Below, one piece after another: positions 49,774-58,914 of a stretch of 64,000 bases of DNA. The notes beneath the pieces were generated by a model. That model was not told the origin of the DNA and did not search any database. It saw only the letters and a list, made by a program, of their open reading frames with translations. The number at the start of each line of letters is the position of its first letter. The stretch's first letter is position 1. The DNA comes from a virus (taxonomy: Duplodnaviria > Caudoviricetes): the IMG/VR virus record IMGVR_UViG_3300028591_000071, one strand, 5' to 3'. The position numbers were made by a program, and so were the translations under genes.

Positions 49774-49806
49774 AAACGCATCCTGTTTGGGGATGCGTTT
49801 TGTTTT
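49774..49806 (+). terminator. Intrinsic terminator
   Basis: AAACGCATCC-N7-GGATGCGTTT-TGTTTT. Confidence 0.8.
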
Positions 49807-49862
49807 CACAAGGATAACATGTAAATCACTCATCGCTTTAATGGGAAAAAATCCCGAGGGTG

Positions 49863-50405
49863 TTAACCTTCGGGATTGTTTGTAAATATTTCTTTTATTA
49901 TTTTCACGTTGAATGAAGAAAGAAGGCCGAAGTCTCCGTCATTGACAACCTCTTCGGGGCTTAGGACTCTGATGAACTTAAGCCGCTTCGATGCCATTTC
50001 GCGCCCGTTTCCTTCGATGAAGAAAAAGTCCCCTTCGGGAATTTCAAACTCCACCACCAACGGTGTAAAGCGGCCCGAGAATGTTTCGTCAAAAAAATAA
50101 ATGGCATTTTCCGCAGCGAAAGACGGCCTTGAACAGGAATGAATAAATCCAGAAGAGACACAGTATCTTGGCTTTATATAATAACGGCAGTCAACCTCGT
50201 CCTTAAGGAGAAAATCCCGTCCAATGAATTCTTCGTTCTCGCAAACCACTTCTTCATCCCCCAAGGCGTAGTGCATTTCTTCTCTAAGGTCCCACACATA
50301 TCCCATTTGGTATGGGGAGACGATGGACCTGCCGTTATCAAGCAGCAGTTTATAGCACCTCATTGGTGTGTCGCAGTATTCTATTGTTGCATTTGATAGA
50401 CACAT
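49863..50405 (-). CDS. Hypothetical protein, paralog of 34780-35238
   Basis: MCL..YKLL..SPY..SGFIHS..EIPEG. Confidence 0.6.
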   Translation of the reverse strand: MCLSNATIEYCDTPMRCYKLLLDNGRSIVSPYQMGYVWDLREEMHYALGDEEVVCENEEFIGRDFLLKDEVDCRYYIKPRYCVSSGFIHSCSRPSFAAENAIYFFDETFSGRFTPLVVEFEIPEGDFFFIEGNGREMASKRLKFIRVLSPEEVVNDGDFGLLSSFNVKIIKEIFTNNPEG

Positions 50406-50533
50406 ACCTTATTCCTTTAATCGTTGTTAGTACTTAATATACAAAAAATTCGGATGGGTTCAAAATCATTTTTATTTTTGGCACGGTTTTTGTATATTAT
50501 GATAAAGGAAAAAAACTTTATATCAAATATATT

Positions 50534-51214
50534 ATGAACAGAAAAGACCTACAGGAAAAGTATAATATCATCGGTAAAAATGATGACATCTACCTTTATA
50601 GAAAGCATGGGGAATATGAAAGGGGGTTCGGATATTGTGGAAACATTTCCCTGAAAAATGGGAAGGCTGTCTTCAACGGAGTTCAGTATCCGACGATAGA
50701 AGCCCTCGACGCCGCTCTCCGCGAATGGGAAAAGACTCTTCCTTGGCCGGTGGACACATATAATCCGATGCTGAGGAAAGGGGCGGTGGTCGAAGACCGT
50801 GTCGTTTGGTACCTCACCGAGAAAATGGGATTCAAGACCGTACATGCCGATTGGTCCGTTCGATATTCAAAGGAGATTGGCATTAACTCATCCATTTCCT
50901 TCAGTGTGGATAGAAATGGGATTGATAGTGATAAAATAACTATCATCTGTCCCTACGGTCCATATACCTTCAGGGAGGAATTCACGGATGCCGAATCGGC
51001 GGTCGCCATGATTTCTTCGTTGGTCAGGCAGCAGGTCTTGCAGATGTCATCGGGGATGGTGGAAGCACTTTCCGTATGTCCCGATGTCGATGTTCCTGAA
51101 ATGGAAGCATATGTAAAATCGAACAAAAACATTTTCGGCATAGAAAAAATCGATTACAAGTCGATGATGATTTCCCTGCTCGAAAACGAACTTAAGAAAC
51201 TGAAAGGAGAATAA
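50534..51214 (+). CDS. Hypothetical protein
   Basis: 226-aa ORF after an AT-rich divergent promoter region. Confidence 0.6.
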   Translation: MNRKDLQEKYNIIGKNDDIYLYRKHGEYERGFGYCGNISLKNGKAVFNGVQYPTIEALDAALREWEKTLPWPVDTYNPMLRKGAVVEDRVVWYLTEKMGFKTVHADWSVRYSKEIGINSSISFSVDRNGIDSDKITIICPYGPYTFREEFTDAESAVAMISSLVRQQVLQMSSGMVEALSVCPDVDVPEMEAYVKSNKNIFGIEKIDYKSMMISLLENELKKLKGE

Positions 51215-51222
51215 AGGAGGAA

Positions 51223-51615
51223 TTGATTATGACAAAAGAAGAACTGAAGACCTTTTTGGGACTGAATGATAAATTCATCGAAGACTGTAACCGTGTTTGT
51301 AACATTTTAAATGGCAGCAAAAAACGCCATGGAGAATGTGAAAATATCTCTTATGCAGACAGATTCAACATCGAAGACAATAGCGTTTGGTGGGAAGGTG
51401 ACGAATATTGGTCATATGGCGGACATGAGAAGCATTGTGGCTATTTCGATATCGAGTTCCTTACAATGTCCGATGATGAACTTCTTGAAATCGTAAAGAA
51501 GGAAAACGAGGAATACGACAGGAAAAAGGAGCAGAAAAAGAAGGAGAGGGAAGAAAGGGAGAAGGCCAAAAGGCTTGCCGAATATGAACGACTCAAAAAA
51601 GAATTTGGACAATGA
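51223..51615 (+). CDS. Hypothetical protein with a charged C-terminal helix
   Basis: RBS AAGGAGG; ends EYERLKKEFG. Confidence 0.6.
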   Translation: MIMTKEELKTFLGLNDKFIEDCNRVCNILNGSKKRHGECENISYADRFNIEDNSVWWEGDEYWSYGGHEKHCGYFDIEFLTMSDDELLEIVKKENEEYDRKKEQKKKEREEREKAKRLAEYERLKKEFGQ

Positions 51616-51766
51616 TTGGATAGTGTGAACAACTACCGGGGTTTAATGTTTACAAATAAAAAACGGAATTATCCCTTTGTGTGTTGTGAATAAGTCAGAA
51701 AAGAACCGCAGTTGGCTTCTATCTTCTGCGGTTTTTCGTTATCTTTGTAGAAACTAAAATACGGTT

Positions 51767-51976
51767 ATGGGGAATAGCATTAAATGCCCAATTTGTAATC
51801 AAATGGTGGCGGTGAGGTCAAATGCAGTAACACCTATTGGGTTTGACCATGAGATTCAGATGGTTGTATCAGATTGTGGCCACTTGTGCGGATGTATAGA
51901 TAATGCATATTACATTAACACAGTTCGCGCCTTAAACAATCTAACCAGGCAGTTGTCAGCTGAGAAGAATCGGTAA
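51767..51976 (+). CDS. IS passenger: small Zn-finger protein
   Basis: CPIC..CGHLC; TATCTTTG box at 51740-51747. Confidence 0.5.
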   Translation: MGNSIKCPICNQMVAVRSNAVTPIGFDHEIQMVVSDCGHLCGCIDNAYYINTVRALNNLTRQLSAEKNR

Positions 51977-52544
51977 TACGATTTTTCTTTAAGAAATCGT
52001 TTTGTATTTCTATATCTTGGTCTGACATATTGTTAGGCCATACTTCTCCTTTGTTATCAACAACGGTTTTCTTATAAACCTTTACTCCGTTGTCAGCAGA
52101 TGTTTCAAGTACCCTTCTAATACATTCTTTAACAATCATTCTTAAATCAGATTCTGAAAGTGTGACTGTTTTTCTTTCACAAAGCGGAATTGGGGAATTG
52201 TGGTAATCTCCTTCATAGAGAGCATCTTTTACATTGAAAACATATCCACCTTTTCGTGTTTTCTTGATAACGCCAGCGAAATACCAATGACGGTATTTTG
52301 TTACCAACCACTTGTGCGCTTCCCACGGATTATAAGATGAACCCCTGACATCAGTTTCGTATGTGACTTGTTGCCCGTGAAAGGACGCCACAGTCACAGC
52401 CTCTGACGATAATTGTGTTCGGAGAATTGCTCTTGCTCTTGGGGAACGAATCCTCTTTGCCCTATTCTTGTAGAAATGGGCATATTTCTGCGCTATTAGT
52501 GTATTGATAGCACCATTGGGAGGAAAGTTAATCGTTACGAGCAT
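51915..52544 (-). CDS. IS passenger carrying the phage targeting-like motif
   Basis: VTLSESDLRMIVKECIRRVLE. Confidence 0.6.
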   Translation of the reverse strand: MLVTINFPPNGAINTLIAQKYAHFYKNRAKRIRSPRARAILRTQLSSEAVTVASFHGQQVTYETDVRGSSYNPWEAHKWLVTKYRHWYFAGVIKKTRKGGYVFNVKDALYEGDYHNSPIPLCERKTVTLSESDLRMIVKECIRRVLETSADNGVKVYKKTVVDNKGEVWPNNMSDQDIEIQNDFLKKNRITDSSQLTTAWLDCLRRELC

Positions 52545-52696
52545 TCATCATCAATTCTATCAGCAAGCTTATTGAACTCTGATAAAACTGACTTGCGAAC
52601 TTCCTCGGTTGACAGAATACCATTCTCTTCCTCTTCAGTTAACAACTCTGCATTCCTTAACGCTTCCTCTTTCAGTATTTGTTCTTCAAGAATCAT
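52535..52696 (-). CDS. IS passenger: small acidic protein (53 aa)
   Basis: MILEEQILKEEALRNAELLTEEEENG..; overlaps the next ATG. Confidence 0.55.
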   Translation of the reverse strand: MILEEQILKEEALRNAELLTEEEENGILSTEEVRKSVLSEFNKLADRIDDECS

Positions 52697-52775
52697 ATTC
52701 AATTACAGTTTTATCAAATATACCAAAAATAGCTGGTTTTTACAACTATAAATAGTTTGAAAATCACAAACATCC

Positions 52776-53717
52776 CTATGCTGCAACGGAAAGTTTCACG
52801 AGATTTGCAAATCCGTCCTCAACCTTGCGGTGGTTCATACGGAAGCAGAACTCATCCATATAAGTCTGCATATGCTTAACCGATACATGGTGGTAGATTC
52901 CGTAGACACCCCTCTTGACGATTGCCCAAAACGATTCAATACCGTTGGTGTGCTTTCCGTCACCCTTGGAGAACTCAACCTCATGGTTCACCATGATACG
53001 AATGAAATTCTTCGTATTCTCAACCCTGCCTTCATCAATCACATTATAGCCACTATATTGGTCAGTCATAACAGTAGTACCTTCCTTGCAAGCATCGTTA
53101 AGTACCTTCAACAACTGTTTGCCCGTCAGTTTCTGCCCATTGGCATTTGCAGTAGCCACAACACAATGTACCCTGCCACTATTCCTTTCTTTAACACCAA
53201 TCACAGGTGTTTTGGAGGATGAACCCCTGCCACGCTTATTGAACTTCTCATTGGTTTCCCTTTCAAAGTGAACATTCTCCTTGCGAGGTTTGCCACCCAC
53301 ATAGGTTTCATCCACTTCAACAATGGCTTCAAAGCAATCCTTGTATTCCTCCTTGCCCATAATCTCACGGATAAGATGAAGCATACGCCATGCTCCCTTA
53401 TAGGATTTCATACCAAGTTCCCTCTGCAACTGACAAGCGGAGATACCCTTCTTGGCAACCATAACGAGGTTGATGGCGTAGAGCCACATACGGATGTCAA
53501 GATGGGTGTTTTCAAAGATGGTTCCCTTCAGTACGGAGAAATGGGATTTGCAGTTGTTGCAGTACAAATCCTTACCATTGTTGGCACTGTCACGGTAGAT
53601 GTTGTGAACACAACCGCAGAACGGACAGACATAAGGACCGTTGTACTTAACCTTGATGATGAAGTCAATGGCCGACTTCTCCGTGGGGAAACGCTTATGG
53701 AAATCAAAAATAGTCAT
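52776..53717 (-). CDS. IS1595-family DDE transposase
   Basis: CPFC..CNNC Zn ribbon; EVDETYVGG, TDQYSGY, VNH, HTNGIESFW. Confidence 0.93.
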   Translation of the reverse strand: MTIFDFHKRFPTEKSAIDFIIKVKYNGPYVCPFCGCVHNIYRDSANNGKDLYCNNCKSHFSVLKGTIFENTHLDIRMWLYAINLVMVAKKGISACQLQRELGMKSYKGAWRMLHLIREIMGKEEYKDCFEAIVEVDETYVGGKPRKENVHFERETNEKFNKRGRGSSSKTPVIGVKERNSGRVHCVVATANANGQKLTGKQLLKVLNDACKEGTTVMTDQYSGYNVIDEGRVENTKNFIRIMVNHEVEFSKGDGKHTNGIESFWAIVKRGVYGIYHHVSVKHMQTYMDEFCFRMNHRKVEDGFANLVKLSVAA

Positions 53718-54088
53718 AGTTCAAGTCCTTTAACCTAAATCTATGACTATATACCCTAAAAGTCCAGAATTCTTACAACACTAAAAGGGATAATTCCGAA
53801 TATTTGTTGAAAGTGCTGAAAGAATCTGTCATATCCCGAGTATGAGTAACTATGAAACTCCCGTTAAAAGTAGCCTCATGATAACACTCGACACTTTTCC
53901 GACTTTTTACGTCGAAAAGTGAAACTTTCTGTCGGGTGGCGCGTATATACTCATGCCTTCTGATTGGTAAAGGGTGCCTTTCAGTCGTAGAGTAGCCGGA
54001 CACGGTCCGGTGACGCCAACCGAGCTGCGGAATCAGCCGCGGTGGATCATTACCCGCTAGTATCAATAGAAAACCAAAACTATCTGCA

Positions 54089-54334
54089 ATGACGACAAAC
54101 ATCGCTGTAGCCGCGCAGATTGCGCGCCCCACTATCCCTTTTGTTCTCAAGAGCGTCCTTCCTGCCGAGACGGAAAGCCGTCTTGACCGAATCTGCTGCG
54201 GAGCTCCCGTGGCCGAGGTCTATCGGGACGAGTCCCGCCCCTGGTGGGGGCTTGTTGATAACGACAAGGTCTACGAGACCATCGCCTCTGACCATTTACA
54301 GGCCTATGTCCGACTGATATCCGCCAATGCCTGA
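54089..54334 (+). CDS. Hypothetical protein
   Basis: ORF overlapping the start of the sigma factor gene. Confidence 0.45.
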   Translation: MTTNIAVAAQIARPTIPFVLKSVLPAETESRLDRICCGAPVAEVYRDESRPWWGLVDNDKVYETIASDHLQAYVRLISANA

Positions 54335-54875
54335 GCCTATGGCCAAAACCGGACGGACTTTTGTCTTTGACGCCGAAGCGGCGCTCAAAGCGGCCACCCT
54401 CGCCGTTATCGGCCTCACCTCCGCCTGGAAGTACAAACTTCAGGAATCGGACAGGAAGGAGATAATCGCCGAGGCCGTAGCCAAGGCGTGGAGCCACCGA
54501 GAAACTTATGACGCAGTACGGGCCTCTTTCCAGACCTGGGTCGGACGTATCGCACGAAACACCCTGCTGGATCATATCCGCAGGGCCAAGTCCCGGGAGG
54601 ACTCCCCTGCCCAGGAGAACGACGTAATGGCCGAGAAGTCTCCCGACACGTTAATGATGGAGGACGAAGGACTCGAGGCTATCCAGCGTGCCGTAGAAAG
54701 GCTTCCCGAGGCATATAGAGATATTATTGCCCTCTTATCGGAAGGCAAGCGTCCCCAGGAGATTGCCGAGATCCTGGGATGCTCCCCAAATGCAGCCACC
54801 ATTCGCTGCTGCCGTGCCCGCAAGGCGCTGCGAGAGCTTCTTAAAGGGAACATGCAAGAAAGCGGACGTCAATAG
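54327..54875 (+). CDS. ECF-type RNA polymerase sigma factor
   Basis: Region 2 SFQTWVGRIARNTLLDHIRR; region 4 LPEAYR..EIAEILG..RARKALR. Confidence 0.85.
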   Translation: MPEPMAKTGRTFVFDAEAALKAATLAVIGLTSAWKYKLQESDRKEIIAEAVAKAWSHRETYDAVRASFQTWVGRIARNTLLDHIRRAKSREDSPAQENDVMAEKSPDTLMMEDEGLEAIQRAVERLPEAYRDIIALLSEGKRPQEIAEILGCSPNAATIRCCRARKALRELLKGNMQESGRQ

Positions 54876-54903
54876 GTATAAATAGGAAAACGAACTGACG
54901 AAT

Positions 54904-56610
54904 ATGAGAAGCAAAAGAGAATCCACCATCTTTGAAGAGAAGAACTTCATTTCCGAGGACGAGACGGTCCAGACCCAGGCGGCATGCCTGAACCGCATTT
55001 ATCGTAAGGTAAATTCCACCGGCCTTTCCGCCGATACTATCCAGGAGCTCCGTGACGATATCGATTACGTCGCCGAGCGCTACCATATCGACAACCAAGG
55101 AGCGGTGCTTCTTGCCGCCATCCTCGAGAAGTCGGCCACCAACAACCTCATGGACGACGAGGACCTGGCTATGTATCTCGGCTGCACGAACATCGAGTTC
55201 ATCCGCTATCACAAGAAGCTTCGCGACATGGACAAGGCGGGAATCATTCAGATTGGCGGAGGTCGTGGCGGCCGTCGTTGCTATAGGGTGAGCCCGGAGA
55301 CGCTGAAGGCCGTTGAGAGCAACGGGGAGTTCAGCCCGGTAAAGATGTCCGGACTTACGACGGAGGAGTTCTTCTCCCGTTTCCGCAAGTTCTTCGGATC
55401 GTTCAGAAACGACACTATAGATGCAGATCGGCTTCTGGAAGAGCTGGATAGCCTGGTAAGCTACAACGACCATCTTTCCTTCTGCAAGAAAGCTTTGGAG
55501 TCTGCTCTCTACTCCGATTGCACCAACACGGAGCGCAGGATGTTCTATTACATCTGCCATCGCTACGTAACACACGGGAGCAAATCCGTGGATATCGAGA
55601 CTCTCACGAACTTCACCGAGTTCATGGAGGATGACGAATGCATCAAACGCCGCATCGCCAACGAGCATATGTCCATGCAGCGTAGCGGCCTTGTCAGCTT
55701 TGCCATCGAGGATGGATTCGTGGACACGGGCTCCTTGTCCCTTTCCGACAAGGTAAAGGCAGAGTTCTTCAACGAGGTAGTCTTGACCCCGGAGGAAACC
55801 GTTCGTCATCGCGATATCGTCAGCGCTGAAACCATCCAGGAGAAGGAGCTCTTCTTCAACGAGGCGGAGAGCGCCCAGGTAGCCCGCCTGGAGAACCTCC
55901 TTGACGCCGAGAATTTCAAGGAGGTGCAGAGACGTCTTCTCTCTACAGGAATGCGCAAGGGGTTCAATGCCATCTTCTACGGTGCCCCGGGCACTGGCAA
56001 GACCGCCAGCGTATACGAACTTGCCCGTCGCAGCGGCAGGGACATCTTCCGCGTGGACATGACCAAGCTCAAGAGCAAGTGGGTTGGTGATAGCGAGAAG
56101 GCGGTTCGTGGTGTGTTCAAGATTTACCGGGCTATGTGCAAGGGCAAGGAAAAGGCTCCCATCCTGCTTTTCAACGAGGCGGATGCTGTCTTCACAAAGC
56201 GTATAGAGAACGTCGAGCAGAGCGTCGACCAGATGAACAACGCCATCCAGAACATCATCCTGGAGGAGATGGAAAGCATCGAGGGCATCCTCATCGCCAC
56301 CACCAACCTCCTCTCCAACCTGGACCCTGCCTTCGAGCGCAGGTTCATCTTCAAAGTTGAGTTCAAGATGCCCGAGAAAGACTCCCGTGCCAAGATTTGG
56401 AAGTCCATGATTCCAGGTCTCTCGGATGAGGACGCGGCCGTTCTTGCCGACAAGTATGCCTTCTCCGGCGGCAACATCGAGAACATCGCACGGAAGAGCA
56501 CCGTTGAATATGTCCTTTCCGGGAACGAGCCCACACTTTCGTCCTTGGAGGGTTACTGCCAGGAGGAGATTCTAGACCGTAAGGAGAATCGCAACCGAAT
56601 CGGATTCTAG
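54904..56610 (+). CDS. AAA+ ATPase
   Basis: GAPGTGKT, LLFNEAD, TTN, LDPAFERR, C-terminal RIGF. Confidence 0.85.
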   Translation: MRSKRESTIFEEKNFISEDETVQTQAACLNRIYRKVNSTGLSADTIQELRDDIDYVAERYHIDNQGAVLLAAILEKSATNNLMDDEDLAMYLGCTNIEFIRYHKKLRDMDKAGIIQIGGGRGGRRCYRVSPETLKAVESNGEFSPVKMSGLTTEEFFSRFRKFFGSFRNDTIDADRLLEELDSLVSYNDHLSFCKKALESALYSDCTNTERRMFYYICHRYVTHGSKSVDIETLTNFTEFMEDDECIKRRIANEHMSMQRSGLVSFAIEDGFVDTGSLSLSDKVKAEFFNEVVLTPEETVRHRDIVSAETIQEKELFFNEAESAQVARLENLLDAENFKEVQRRLLSTGMRKGFNAIFYGAPGTGKTASVYELARRSGRDIFRVDMTKLKSKWVGDSEKAVRGVFKIYRAMCKGKEKAPILLFNEADAVFTKRIENVEQSVDQMNNAIQNIILEEMESIEGILIATTNLLSNLDPAFERRFIFKVEFKMPEKDSRAKIWKSMIPGLSDEDAAVLADKYAFSGGNIENIARKSTVEYVLSGNEPTLSSLEGYCQEEILDRKENRNRIGF

Positions 56611-56649
56611 GCGAAAGAATCCTCATTACAACTTGTATATAATACCACT

Positions 56650-57729
56650 ATGGCAAATATCAACGTTAATACAACCGAGCTGATCCAGCTCCTCGACATT
56701 ACTCCCGCCGACCACAATCTCATGCTGGTGGGCAAGCACGGTATCGGCAAGTCGGAGATTCTGACAGACTATTTCTCCAAGAAGGACATGCCCGTTGTGG
56801 CGCTCTTCTTGGGCCAGATGAGCGACCCGGGTGACCTCATAGGCATTCCCAACAAGAACGAAGAGACCGGCAAGACGGATTTTATGCCTCCTTACTGGTT
56901 TCCGCTGGATGGCAAGCCCATCGTCCTCTTCCTTGACGAACTGAATCGCGCAAGGCCGGAAATCCTCCAGACCATCATGGACCTGGCGCTTAACCGCAAA
57001 CTTGCCGGACGCAAACTCCCGGAGGGCAGCCGCATCATCAGTGCTGTGAATGCTGGTGACCAGTACCAGCTGACGGATCTTGACCCGGCGCTGGTCAGTC
57101 GTTTCAATATCGTGAACTTCCGTCCTACCGTGCAGGAGTGGTTGCTTTGGGCTCGCAAAGCCGATGTGGATGGCCGTGTCATCGACTTCATCCAGGAGAA
57201 CCAGATTTGGTTGGACAAAGACCCCGATGCGAAGGAAGGTGAAGATACCGGCCTGGACAAAACCCCTGACCGGCGCGGCTGGAAGCGTGTCTCGGATATT
57301 CTCAAGCAATCCGGGGAACTGAGCCCGCTGCTTACCAAGGCAATCTCTGCCGTTGTTGGCCCGAAGGCAGCCAGTGCCTTCGTCAGCAATGTTTCCAGCC
57401 GGAAGATAGTTTCCGGACGTGAGGTGATCCTGGGCTTCCCTAAGGTCAAGGAAAAACTGGACAAGTATGAGCTTCACCAGATCTCGGTGGTCAATGACGG
57501 CATCTACCGATTCCTTGAGGTTGAGAAGGTATCAGCTAAAGACAAGGAAACGGCCAAGAAGAACCTTGAGGACTACTTCTGTTATCTGACAAAGTCCAAG
57601 AAAGAGGCCGCAGCTCACTTTGCCAACCTCTTCGTCCAAAAGACGTACCCTAACGCCGTGGCGTTCATCGCAAGGGAGTGTCAGGTCCTGACTATGATGT
57701 TCATCTCCTACGTGAAAGGAATCAAGTAA
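56650..57729 (+). CDS. MoxR-like AAA+ ATPase
   Basis: GKHGIGKS, LFLDELNRA, DLDPALVSRF. Confidence 0.85.
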   Translation: MANINVNTTELIQLLDITPADHNLMLVGKHGIGKSEILTDYFSKKDMPVVALFLGQMSDPGDLIGIPNKNEETGKTDFMPPYWFPLDGKPIVLFLDELNRARPEILQTIMDLALNRKLAGRKLPEGSRIISAVNAGDQYQLTDLDPALVSRFNIVNFRPTVQEWLLWARKADVDGRVIDFIQENQIWLDKDPDAKEGEDTGLDKTPDRRGWKRVSDILKQSGELSPLLTKAISAVVGPKAASAFVSNVSSRKIVSGREVILGFPKVKEKLDKYELHQISVVNDGIYRFLEVEKVSAKDKETAKKNLEDYFCYLTKSKKEAAAHFANLFVQKTYPNAVAFIARECQVLTMMFISYVKGIK

Positions 57730-58914
57730 ATGAGGGATCGCATTACAACTATCCTGGAGCACTGGTTCATACAAGAGCCAGCGCTTTTCCAGGTTCTCTG
57801 TACCCACGAGCTTGTATCCAACACGCTGATGGAGTGTCCTGTCAGGAGCGGCAAGAGGCGCGTCGAGTATAATCCCGAGTATCTCCTCGAGATGACTGAC
57901 CAGGGACTGGAAGAGGCTCTCCGCACCGAGGCCGTGCGCATTCTGCTCAAGCATCCTTACGAGCGGAAGCCGGACGGATGCAGTCAGCAGGCTATCGCCA
58001 TAGGGTCCAATATCGTAGTAGGAGACAACTACAAGTATTCCGCCTTCAAGATCGACAAGCCGGCGGACTACGATCTGCCTGCCGGAATGGCCTATGAATG
58101 GTACTCCAGAAAGATTCAATCCATGCTGCCTCCGGGCGCCGGGGGTAACGGTGGGGAAGATGGAGATGACAACCAGAAGCCGGGACAAGGAACCGGGGAA
58201 GGGCGAAATGGTAGTCTGGATGACCGGTTTGAAAGAACATCGGACAAGAATCAGGACCTTTCCGAACTCTGGGACGAGGACGATCTGACGGTCGCCATGA
58301 TTAACGGAGTGATTGAAGGCTGCACATCCTGGGGCTCGCTTGCCGGTGCCTTCGCTGAGCAGCTCAAGGCTTCCACTAAGGCCAAGATTAATTGGCGTAA
58401 TGTCTTCAGCGGCTTCAGGGCGAGCATTCTATCTTCCAAGCGCAAGCTTACCCGTATGCGTCCGAACCGTCGCACTGGGTTTGAGAACATGGGCTCTATC
58501 CGTCGTTTCGATACCAAGCTGCTGGTGGCGGTGGACGTGAGCGGATCCATCTCCAGTGAAAGCCTAAGTTACTTCTACGGCGTTATCAATAGTGCTTTCC
58601 GTTACGGCTTCGAGTCCATCGATGTCATACAATTCGATTGTGGCGTGCGCGTGGTTCAGAGTCTCAAGAAGGTGATGCGTGAGGTGATCGCCATCGGCCG
58701 TGGCGGGACCAGTTTCCAGGAACCCATCGAGTATGCTCACGAGAATGACTACGATGGCCTGCTGATCCTGACTGATGGCTATGCTCCGGAGCCGATAATC
58801 CCTAACAATATGCGCTGCAAGATCATCTGGGTGTGCCAGGACAAGAACTGTTATGAGGCCCACCATCACTGGATGGAGAAATCCGGACGTGTCTGTACAA
58901 TTGAACTGCGATGA
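57730..58914 (+). CDS. vWA-domain partner of MoxR (DUF2201-like)
   Basis: MIDAS DVSGS..GGT..LTDG. Confidence 0.8.
   Translation: MRDRITTILEHWFIQEPALFQVLCTHELVSNTLMECPVRSGKRRVEYNPEYLLEMTDQGLEEALRTEAVRILLKHPYERKPDGCSQQAIAIGSNIVVGDNYKYSAFKIDKPADYDLPAGMAYEWYSRKIQSMLPPGAGGNGGEDGDDNQKPGQGTGEGRNGSLDDRFERTSDKNQDLSELWDEDDLTVAMINGVIEGCTSWGSLAGAFAEQLKASTKAKINWRNVFSGFRASILSSKRKLTRMRPNRRTGFENMGSIRRFDTKLLVAVDVSGSISSESLSYFYGVINSAFRYGFESIDVIQFDCGVRVVQSLKKVMREVIAIGRGGTSFQEPIEYAHENDYDGLLILTDGYAPEPIIPNNMRCKIIWVCQDKNCYEAHHHWMEKSGRVCTIELR

Larger units (their letters stand above)
51664..53798 (-). mobile_element. IS1595-family element with passenger genes (2135 bp)
   Basis: 24-bp TIRs CGGAATTATCCCTTTGTGTGTTGT (51664-51687) and the reverse complement of 53775-53798, 22/24 identical; no matching TSD. 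Confidence 0.85.

Noticed and set aside
1-51600. Stop-codon reassignment (TAG to Gln, as in Lak phages)
   Set aside because: Genes are long and dense in the standard code. TAG ends complete genes (e.g. clpC at 14218, directly before a terminator; also 5479 and 10823), and TGA is also used as a stop.
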